From Welwitschia mirabilis (Eukaryota), in assembly GCA_051453625.1 (NCBI GenBank), contig JBOZIK010000001.1, positions 3,491,563 through 3,535,903 on the forward strand: DNA of 44,341 nt, in the 5' to 3' direction. The notes beneath the pieces were generated by a model. It saw nothing but the letters and a program-made list of their open reading frames with translations, ran no database searches and was not told the DNA's origin. A program made the translations under genes and the position numbers. Positions 11,078-20,779 of the stretch are shown here, in pieces (position 1 is the first letter of the stretch; each line of letters begins with the position of its first letter).

Positions 11078-14000
11078 CTCTCTCTCTCTCTCTCTTTCTT
11101 TTTGCACAAATATGAAAAGACACTTATGCATTATCAAAGAACTAATAACTTATAGCCTTAATAAAAATAAAGTCGATAAAGGGATAAAGCATACAATATT
11201 AACAATTTAATTAAGCATATTTTACTCTTATAGAATAAGATTTTATAGGAATTTAAATTCTTTTTAATTGGCTAAAGCCCAATTAGTCATCCATAAATCA
11301 CAAAAGCCTGAAATGATTAAACATACTACATGATAAAAACTAAAATAAAATCATGTTAATAGATGTTGAAAAAGAGAAACTATTTGAATAATTACATTCA
11401 CATGAGGATAAGTGGTAGACACCACCTCAAAAAAAAGAGGCTTCACTAAATCAATTGCTAAAATTCAAATGTAGATCCTTTGCTTTACATTTATCTCTAT
11501 GCCAAAAATATAGATATTCTAATATAGTTATTGAATTTTACTCTTTCAGAAAAGTAATAACCAAATCATACGAAAACCAATTGATAAAATATAAAAGGGA
11601 TATGATCGTTTTGGAATAAAATTAATTGGTGGAAAAAATATAATGATAACACTTACCAAATAAGAGATAAAAAATTGATGTATCTCATTGAAAAATATTA
11701 TCTTATCAAATTCATGGTACCAAGATTTGGAGGCATAACCTTCATTCAAAAATTGATATTCCAATTGAAAAACACAAATTGTACTTCTCCAAAAATGAAT
11801 CCAAGAAATATTAGAAAGCTCCTTACGATGATTAATTAGGGCATGTTTAGTAAAACTAATAAGTTTTCTAAGATTTAACTTAATGCATAGATTTGTATTA
11901 AGAAGATAAGGCTTTTCCTAATTTAATATTTCAAGAAATCCCAAATCATATTTTCTAGAAGTAAGAGGTACTATGGAATTGGGGTTAGAAGAAAGAATGG
12001 TATTTTGATTTTCTGTTGAAAGCATAAGTGAAAGAGATGAAGAAATATTTTTGATAGGATTAGACTCTTTAAGTTTGATTGCTTTATGGGATGTCAAAAA
12101 TCTATCCTTAGTCCTCCTTCTTCTTATTCTTTTCGTCATTAAGTCATTGCATATTATCATTCTCCAAGTTCTTAGATTCATAAAAGATCTCATAAAAAGA
12201 GATGTAATCAGTATGTTCATCATAAGTTGGGAAATTTTTAGATTTCTCTAGAATTGATTCTTCCCTTTCACATTGCTTTTCTAGGAGTAAGTGGATATTG
12301 GGAATATATTCTAATGTTTCCATACCATCATTTGATGAATCATCATCCTCATCATTATGTTTTAATTGATGAGTTGAAATTTCATTGTCCTTACTTTAGC
12401 TTTCTTCTTTTGAACGTTAGTCATCTAAAAGTTCATCATCAAAATAGAAGTTATTAGTATGTGTAGCCATTTTTATGTTCTCCTCCTCATTTTCAATGTG
12501 AAAGATAGTAGACATAGTGATATAGGCTTGGAAATGCTGTATTGCAAGAGAAATTTGAGATATTTGATTTTGTAACATTGTTTGTTGAAGTATGTCTATA
12601 AGATCTACAATGTTTTCATCGGTAGTATCATGCATATTCTCAAGTTCTTCTATTGAATCATGAAATGAATCATCTTGGTTGATTGGATGGTTGAAAAAAC
12701 TTGGTGGATATAAAAAATCTATTTCTTCTTCTTTTTTCTCTATAGAAGGAGATTAAAGTATGTTAAATCATTTGTAGAATGTCTTTCTAAATAAGGTAGG
12801 AGTATCAAAATTGTTGAAAATCCTCATTAGTATTCCTACATGAAGGCTGAAAAGAAGAATAGGTAAAAGAGGTAGGTTGAAAAGAGGAAGGGGCCCACTT
12901 CCTAGTTTCAAAGATCTCACGTAATATTTTTTAACCATTCTCCATAGAATCCAAGTTTCTCTTTCTTTTAGCAAATATTTCTCATATAGTTCTTTTACCA
13001 TTATCCCTAGAAATAGATGAAAATGGTGAAACAAGAGAATTAATTTGGGTAACAAGTAAGATAATTACCAGAATAGCAGAAGGCATAAGCTATAAATCAA
13101 TCTCACTAACCAAGGATAGGAATACCAAAAGCATGAGATAAATATACATTTTAGATGGCAATTTCCAAGATTAAACTAAGTTGAAAGAATAGGTCTAAAG
13201 TACTATCCTTCAAGTTCACACGTAAAAACTAACAACAATATGAAAATGAAAACTCACAGAAATCAAAATGAAATGGAAAACCAGAAAAACTAATTAAAAT
13301 TCAAGCTAAATTAAGAAATAAAAAGTGCAAGATAAACTAAGAAGAGAAAGAAAAAACTGTGTATAAACTATTCAAGTAAATAACTTGAAACCAAATTAGT
13401 TACTTGTGTCAATGTTTCACACTTTCTTGAACTCTTTCTCAGCAATGACGCCAATTTGTTGGAGTGTGCGTTGTGTGCTTCTTATCTTTAATTAATGATC
13501 TTCAATGATAACCTGCAATGTTAATATCTGATACACATAAAACACACTCATATAGGGACTCATCCCAAACGTCATACTCTAGAAAGGAATTTGAAAGTAC
13601 ATTTGGAAAATTGCTTCAATCAGAAAGAAATTAAAATGATTTTTTCTTCTAATTCTTGAATGATAAATGAAGGAAAATGCAAAGATGAGATGAAATGCAA
13701 TGAATGAATGCACATATGAGATGTAAGTCTAAATGTAAAAACTAACCAACTTTACAAACTTATTGTCACATAAGTTGGTCTTCATACACTACACTATATC
13801 AAAATCACAATCAAATTTTATGTAATTAACTTGATTTGGACATAACATATAAAGAACATAAGAGATAAATTAAAAGAAACAAAATGATCTTTACTAATCA
13901 CATTACATACACTTAGAAGTAGTTACTCTTCAATGAAGGAAACACAACCCAACACCAAGGTAAGTTTCTATCCTAAGCTCAATGAATCCCTTGCTCAATT

Positions 14001-14600
14001 GAACTTTAGATCATCACAAGAACAATCGATGCATAAGAGATGATTACAAGTGAGGGCTTAAGGTCCTTTTATAAAAGAGGATAGGATTGAGGTGCTTAGA
14101 AGCCTTTGGCTTGTACTGGCAAGTGGCAGTTATAATTAGGCAGTTACAATGTTTGTCATGTATCATAGGTAGAATGGATAAGATTCCTCGTCTTATAGCT
14201 CTAGGTGGAATCTTCATCTTCTTATATTAGGTGGAGTTTGTTATATAGCCTTAGTATGATGGATAAGATTCCTTATCTTGTAGTGTTAGGTGAAATCTTC
14301 ATCTTCTTGTGTTAGATGGAGTTTCCAATACTTTGCCTTTAAATCCCGATGCCTTTATCAACCAATGCTATTACCATGTGTCTTCAACATCACCACCATG
14401 TCACTACCATGTATCTCCTGTGCCACTACCACATCCCATGTTCTATCCTCAAATGTTTTATAATTGTCCAAATTTGATTCAAATTATTATTAATTCCTTA
14501 CCTTTAGTCCTTGAAACCAAAAGTGATTAATTTAAGTATTAAACCTACAAAAAGGATTTGAAAACACACTCTAAATATAATGTTAAATATGGTTAACTCA
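11078..14600 (-). mobile_element. Athila-type element, 5' part: LTR (about 14600 to 13457), tRNA-Asp-type PBS (13453 to 13436) and a degenerate internal region lacking recognisable pol
   Basis: The minus strand reads ...CCAACA AAT TGGCGTCATTGCTGAGAA, a transition-decayed form of the Athila PBS TGGCGCCGTTGCCGGGGA. The interior holds only broken acidic or low-complexity ORFs (11546-13055). The far LTR boundary is approximate. Confidence 0.75.
14177..14324. repeat. Two-copy tandem repeat (period about 84 bp) within the Athila LTR
   Basis: GGATAAGATTCCT...TAGGTG(G/A)AATCTTCATCTTCTT...TTAG(G/A)TGGAGTTT occurs at 14177 and 14261. Confidence 0.85.
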
Positions 14601-14609
14601 GCTCACAAT

Positions 14610-14819
14610 AGCGTAATAGAGGCAAAATGGGGAATCCCATACCTAAACTTGAAAATGCACAATGGAAATAATCTGAAGAGCCATGTAGGAGGATTGAGCG
14701 GGGCCTGGGAGAAATTGATACAAAAATTATTCCAAGTGATGAGGAGAAAGCGGGGCATTCTTGGACATTCTAACAAACAAATGTATGAGGGCATTATATC
14801 ACTTCTAGCACTCAGATAA
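14610..14819 (+). mobile_element. Possible Ty1/copia gag (UBN2-like) relic
   Basis: YLNLKMHNGNNLKSHV...WEKLI, then after a frameshift SDEEKAG and ILGHSNKQMYEGIISLL. This resembles LxxLKMxEGxxxxxH...EEDKAxxLLxSLPxxYExxxxxL. Confidence 0.4.
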
Positions 14820-17311
14820 ATTAATATAAAAATATGGAAGATGGTTGTAACCTCCTAGTACTAGTAATCCCCCTTGCTATTTTAGGTTCAATTATTGTTT
14901 GTGTTTACTTTTATCTCCCAGTCTTAGTTCCCCTAGTATGCATATTTTTGGTGGTATCATTTTTTGCCTTTAGCTACTATGCTTTCAAGTTTGTAGGACA
15001 ATAGGGGTAATCCTCTCTATTGATCTTCCTTTTTTTGTTTACTGCTGTATTATATCAATTTTGTAATTTAATAGAAATGACCTTTTAAAAAAAGAAGAAA
15101 GAATGAAAGAATTTCAAGAGGCTATTGGAAATTATCAAGCTTGATGTGATAGATCTAGTAAAAATATTAAGGAATAAGAATTTAAAGGTTGACAATGATA
15201 TGATTAATCTAAAGGCTAGTAAAACTAAACTCAGAGATGAATTAAATTGTAAAAATTCTGAGATCACAAAAGTATAGAGCATTAAAGTCATACTATAGAA
15301 TAAATTATTAAATAAGAGTGTTAAGCTGTCTAAGAAGGCTCTAAAAGACTAGAGGTTAGATGAGGGCAAGGCACGCCTCTCTATTTTCTTTTGGGGCAAA
15401 ATGATTAGAGCTTACATAAAAGATGCTAAAATTATTTAGTGATTTGAAGTCATCCTTTGTCAATAGCGATGCAATCTAATTAATGATGCAACTAATCTTG
15501 TGATGAAATAAAACAAGAGATGTAACCTATATTAATTATGCAGGATGCATGTAATCATAAATTGATAAGTTTAGATTTTTTTCCTTTTTTTTAGTTAGTC
15601 ACTCAAAAATCTAATTAGGATGTATTACCCTTAATTAATTAGTCAAAAACTATAAGAAATATCAAATAAGAGATTTTATTAAGAGAAGTACAACATTATA
15701 GACATCACTTGTGTCTCCAAAATGTAATGAAGCTCATAAGATAAATCTCAACTAAGGACACTGACAAGGTTGGAAAATTGAGACTCAAACTATCATTAAG
15801 GACCTCCTACCTTTGTCCACAATTCAATAATTATAACAGAAGAATGGTAAGAGGTTTTGAAAATGATTACAAATAGAAATTTAAATCAGTAATGAATCAA
15901 TAAAGTTGGTCATGAAAGTTAAGGAAGCTGTAATTGCCAAACCATTGATCTAGTTTTAAATATGATTAACAAGAACTAATGTTTTTTTCTATTCTTATCA
16001 ATTTGACATTGATCCCATATCGATTTGAATTTATAAAAAAAATTTATATGTTTATTTTTACTATTGATTTGGTTTTGAATTTGTATCGATATAAATGAAC
16101 AATCCTTAAGTGCATTTAGTATTTTTACCACAAATTCAAAGGTGCTTTGATACTTGACATCTGATCAACTAAAATACTTTAATTTTGTCAACATGAAGTT
16201 TAATCATTTGCAAAATCCCATGTCACTTGTAATATGTCCAACACCTACTTATTGCTCAAATACTATAATGCAATTAATTCCTCTTCTTGTTGATCCTTTA
16301 TTGATTTGGTGTTGAGTTGGGCTCGCCTTACTCTGTGGTGTGAGGAAGGAAGGAGATGCCTTGTCTTTTTTTCTTTATAAAAGCTTAACGAACATTTTTA
16401 CAATTTTACATAGTCATGGATTAATCTTCATCTTTCTTGCAAGAGCATTTATTAGGTTTTGCTACCAATCAGGGTTGTCCAAATCTTTACGAAAAAAGGA
16501 AAAACAGTGTCTAAAACGAAAGATGCTTTCTTTATTAGTATCGTTAGAATAGTACCTACTACGTAAGAATGTCTAAAAGGGGTAAGACTAGTGGCTTTAT
16601 GTAAGAACTTGACCCTCCTAAAGACTTTTCATAAAGTAACAAGGGATTAATCGACCTTGCCATCATCATCACCATATGGTTCTATTTACCCTGTCTAATT
16701 CCTTAAGCTCCTATTTAAAATTTTTAATCATCACCAATTTACTTTAAGAGTTACATTAGTTATCTTTTTACCTTTTCATAATAATTATGTATTAAACAAT
16801 ATTAATAAAAAGACTAATAATACCTCATTTAAGGCAGCTACAAAAGTAATTATAAAAGCAATTAGACAATAAGACATCATATAATGTTTTAGGCCTGTTT
16901 TTCCTTAGGGAAGCCCTACAAGCTCAACAATTCCTTTAAAATATGGGTCATGGAACCCTACGTTATCTAGTTGAATTACATCCAATTAGACGAGACCTGC
17001 CAGCTCTTCCTGCTTGACTTTATAACCTTTTTCTGCATTAAAAGTATTTTCTTTTAAGAAGCATGATGTGGTGTCACATAAATTTTGAGCCATGCTAGCG
17101 GAAATCAACATCAAATGGTCCCAGAGCTTGTAGAACCTTTCTCAGAATCAATGAGAATAAAGAAAACTTAATGTCCTCTACGGGGCAAACAGCATCTCGT
17201 CTACGTGTCAAACAGCAGTAACAACAATTCTTACTCCACATTATTGTTTTCTTTGTTCTAAAGGTTAAGCCAGTGATTCCTAGCTTGAAAAATGTGTTTC
17301 TGCGTCTAATA

Positions 17312-17460
17312 CCACTTTCAGTTTCCAAGACCCAGAATGATTCGAGGATAATCTCCTCCAACTTTGGCCTTTTCCTTCTCCCAATAAGCTTGCAGGAATA
17401 ACTTTCCCAATCCTTTGCAAGAACAATCAATTGGTAAAGTAATCAAATTCATCATAGTGG
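17312..17460 (-). ncRNA. Candidate box C/D snoRNA, 149 nt, family not recognised
   Basis: The minus strand reads CCACT-ATGATGA (box C, 17455-17449) ... CTGA (box D, 17321-17318)-A-AGTGG, giving a 5-bp terminal stem. There is an internal TTGCA...TGCAA hairpin. No target was identified. Confidence 0.35.
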
Positions 17461-17530
17461 AGGCCATACAGGCCAATGACTCGCATGATGAATTGTAGCT
17501 ATCAAGGCCCACATGACTCCTACTGAGAGG

Positions 17531-17845
17531 CTGGAAAGAGATAAGCAGTAAAAGGACTCCGTATTTCGGATTAGAGATCGAACAAGTTCTTCGGTTTCTG
17601 CGAATTAATTAACAGAAAACGATGACAGTCTAAAAGACTCACAGATCTGGTTCCAGGATTCCGACAGAACCTTCAAAGTTGAAAGTAAAACATTTCGCAG
17701 TTATATCCACAACATAACAACCTAAAATCTCTTTATTCGTTTCTTCTGTACACAGTTAAAACAAAACCAAAACAGAAAGATCCACAACACCACAGACAAG
17801 ACGCCTAACGTTCAGTAATGGAAAGTAAGCATAACAAAGACTTAC
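17531..17845 (-). other. Predicted introns 17845-17671 and 17642-17531 flanking a 28-nt micro-exon (17670-17643)
   Basis: Donors GTAAGT (17845) and GTGAGT (17642); acceptors TTTTACTTTCAACTTTGAAG (17671) and TTTTACTGCTTATCTCTTTCCAG (17531). The minus strand is U-rich here. Confidence 0.55.
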
Positions 17846-17938
17846 GGCATTCCAGCAAATATGCTGAAGAAACGAAGAGCAGTCTGTGACATCAAATATA
17901 CATACGAACATCCAAAACACAGTAGTAACCTAAATACG

Positions 17939-17946
17939 AAACCCTA
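17939..17946. promoter_or_regulatory. Telo-box AAACCCTA, with a site II element TGGGCC at 18250-18255
   Basis: Exact motif matches inside the CpG island. Confidence 0.5.
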
Positions 17947-17955
17947 GGCCGTTTG

Positions 17956-18315
17956 TCATCCACCGCCGGAAGGCCGAGCTCTGGTGGAAATATCGAGGTC
18001 ATAGTCCTTCAGAGTGAGCAGATCGTCTTCGTCTTCCCTTGATTTCCAAAGCTTTTCCGTTTCGTCTGCAACTTTCGCGGATTCCTCTTGAGCATTTTCG
18101 TATTCCTTACTGTTCTTCGAACCGGCTTTTTCCTCATCCTCTCTCTCTTCCTCGCGGCCGCTTCCGGAATCGTCGGCGACGCTGCTAAACCTCAAACGGA
18201 CGTCGGATTCAGCAGAGCGGCGATAAACCAAAGGCGGCAATGAAAACTCTGGGCCTTTTCTACCAGACGTCAAAGTCCGGAACGTCTTTGACGTCAAATT
18301 TGCGCCTCTTTTCAT
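17956..18315 (-). CDS. Uncharacterised 119-aa protein with a basic Ser/Thr-rich N-terminus (mitochondrial-presequence-like) and an acidic, charged hydrophilic body
   Basis: The track ORF starts at TTG; the first in-frame ATG is at 18315 (MKRGANLTSKTFRTLTSGRK...VRLRFSSVADD...RPSGGG*). It is the only long intact ORF in the window, lies in the only CpG-rich island, and has TATATAA about 40 nt upstream. Confidence 0.6.
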   Translation of the reverse strand: MKRGANLTSKTFRTLTSGRKGPEFSLPPLVYRRSAESDVRLRFSSVADDSGSGREEEREDEEKAGSKNSKEYENAQEESAKVADETEKLWKSREDEDDLLTLKDYDLDISTRARPSGGG

Positions 18316-18353
18316 CCTCTGTGCCTTCACTGGAACCGTTCTGCGTCCAGCAG

Positions 18354-18396
18354 TTATATAACGTATGGCTTCAGGCCAGAGCTCTGCAACACGTAA
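18354..18396 (-). promoter_or_regulatory. Candidate core promoter: TATA box (18360-18354) and ABRE-like TACGTGT (18395-18389)
   Basis: The minus strand reads TTACGTGTTG ... CGTTATATAACTG ... AGAGGATG. The spacing implies a very short 5' UTR. Confidence 0.4.
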
Positions 18397-19762
18397 CGGA
18401 AAATAGTGCTCTGATGTCAAGGACAACTAACCTTATGCACGCACGACGGAAGGATAATTGCAGAGGAGCTTATCTCTTCTCGTCCGTCAACAGACTGATA
18501 AGCTTTGATCAACGGAAATAAGGAAGGCACATTGCAATAAGCTATTCTGCCATCGAAAAAGAAGATTCTGAGTCGATTCTCAAGAAAAATGCAAAGTGTC
18601 TAGAAGTCCGGAACCGCTAGATAAGTTATATTCTATGCAAAGCAGAAGATTCTCGCCTCTGGAATGCCTGAAAATTAAGGTTCAGAATTAGAAGTAAGGC
18701 AAAGTTGATGCCTGCCATTTTTTGTCATTTTGACTACTTTGGCTAACCCAAAATCTTGGCCATGGGCTACTAAAAATATAAGTGAAATGGAAAGAACATG
18801 CTCCATCTAACTACTCTCTTATAAAATCATGGTACTGTAGTATTATACTGTACAATAATACTATAATGCCCTGCATTATATTGTTCAAGTCAATTGTCAC
18901 AGAGAGGTAACATTGTCTTGTTGTGGTGTAGGGCATGCCTTATCATGCAATAATCACAAGGGTTTGATTATTTTCATTAGTTAATCATGTAGTTTATGGA
19001 TATATCATAAAAAGTCTCCTGTGGGAGTTGAATATGGGAAGCGAATCTTACATATAGGATAGAGAATCTTACCTACAGGTCTTATTCGCTAATTCATTTT
19101 CAACCATTATATAGCATAGATACCTAAGGTTGTATGTTACACTAATATTCTTAAGTTTTATTAGCACATAGTTTAAAACTTCTGAGAATAAAGATTTGTA
19201 ATTAGATAAGTAAAAAAATAAAAAACAGATAATTATCTATCTCATCTAAGCACAACCCACAAGTCATGGTGCTAGATTTAGATTATCAATTAATTCCATT
19301 ACTATCACATTTGAAGATTGTCTAATAGTAAGGCACTAGTCTTGCTATAAAGCACTACAATTTAGAAGTAATTAAAGTTGGCTTTCAAGGGTCATCCATG
19401 TTATGTTTTAGATTTGAGTCCCATGGTACTTGAGTTGCCTTAACATTCTACCCATGTTTTTCAGAGACACCCAACGTAAGTTTCAATGTCTTGGGTACAA
19501 ATCACAAGCAAGACTTAAACATTTAGTGGTTAACTCTTAGGCGAACAAGGATCATGTCTACATGGCCTTAGCAAATATAGTATTGTTTTCAATGAATTTA
19601 AAAAAAAGTGAAAAAATAAAGTTAACCTTTTATTAAGAAGCTTAAGTTATTTACAGTTTGATGTAATAGCCTTTAAAATAATTTCTTTACTAAGTAAAAA
19701 GGAACATTAATAGAAATATTATTTTACATAAACAAATCCTTTTTATATATTATATTTGAATA

Positions 19763-19987
19763 GGGCCAATGGAGTGGCAGTCTAATTAGTGAAGCACTCA
19801 TCCTCCATTTGGGAGGTTCTAGATTCAAACTTTTAAGTGCTTCATTTGACACACTTTAAGGCACTAGGCATAATTAAATCATTTATTTGAATGATTGTGG
19901 CTAGAGGAGGCATGGAAGACATCCTCATCTATTTAAATGGTAATAGATATGTTCACATAAAGAATAGATTTTAACCAAAAAAAAAAA
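19763..19987 (+). mobile_element. tRNA-derived SINE (decayed)
   Basis: GGG start, A-box-like CAGTCTAATTAG, CCTCC/GGAGG stem, B-box-like AGATTCAAACT and a terminal A11 tail (19977-19987). The flanks TATATTATATTTGAATA and TATATTATTTTTAATA look like a degenerate TSD. Confidence 0.65.
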
Positions 19988-20779
19988 GTATATTATTTTT
20001 AATAATACAACATTAGATACTGATATTTTAAAAAGGGTAAGTGAAATACCTAAAATTGAATTAATGAATAATGCTTGAAACTAATTGGTTTATGCTAAGA
20101 ACAAGGATAATAGTTATCTACTATTCAATAAGGTAAGTTAATGTAATTAATGAAATTGATTAGCACACTTAAGAAAACAAAGAAAATATTTTTTTCATTC
20201 CAGCAAAGAAAATTTCATAGATATTTTCTTTACATTTAATGCATCAAGAATTGCATTGCTTTTTATTGTTATGTTTATAATAATATGGTTTTCGTTTTAC
20301 AAAATCCTAATGGCAACGTATATAAATTAGGAGAGTATGCTAACTTCGTAATGATATATATAATCCTAAATGAAGAAAAACATTGAAGATTAACATATTC
20401 ATAAAAGTAACAACATATTAAATGATAAAGAAGATGATAATGCATGTAACCATGATATTGAATATAAAAAAATAAAATAAGAAATAAACTTATATATTAA
20501 TATAACAAGCAGTCACAAGGCCAAACTTTAAATCATTATTTTGGGGGTTGTTAAATCCCGAAAAACTTAGTTTATTAAAAAAGGTTATTAAAATTGAAAA
20601 TTGAACAATATATAAATAACTTCATTAATTTAAAAAAAAGGTGGTCTAATAGTAGTAATCTACAAAAGACAAAACAAAAGCTACTATAAAAAGAAAAAAA
20701 GAAAAAGAAAAAAAAAGAATTAAGTTAATACTAGAAGAACTATATAAACTACTTTCCACTTATATGAAGTTTTTCAACA

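Noticed and set aside
10783..11210. ORFs spanning the N run
   Set aside because: Artefacts of the assembly gap and the CT microsatellite.
15077..15450. Lys-rich coiled-coil-like broken frame on the plus strand
   Set aside because: It has several stops and no diagnostic motif, so it cannot be assigned.
17362..17374. AAAAGGCCAAAG is nearly antisense to U5 snRNA loop 1
   Set aside because: It has a central mismatch and no adjacent D or D' box, so it is not credible as a guide.
17402..17413. GGATTGGGAAAG (minus strand) resembles part of a miR482/2118 target site
   Set aside because: Only 12 nt match, and complementarity does not extend further.
17095..17512. Minus-strand ORFs of 111 and 64 aa
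   Set aside because: Both have non-ATG starts and no recognisable domain. They are probably UTR or ncRNA sequence.
17950..18030. LTLKDY...RPSGG resembles the KDY...DGGPPRW start of phytyl ester synthase-like acyltransferases
   Set aside because: No PPRWF motif or downstream hydrolase/acyltransferase exons were found in any frame.
17956..18426. 156-aa version of the ORF in the track
   Set aside because: It starts at TTG and runs through the TATA-like motif. In a eukaryote the ATG at 18315 is the plausible start.
18240..18521. Plus-strand 93-aa ORF overlapping the gene start
   Set aside because: No recognisable features. It is antisense to the better-supported unit and expected by chance in GC-richer DNA.
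18833..18880. Short hairpins TAGTATTAT/ATAATACTA and TATAATG/CATTATA
   Set aside because: Short and AT-rich, so expected by chance.
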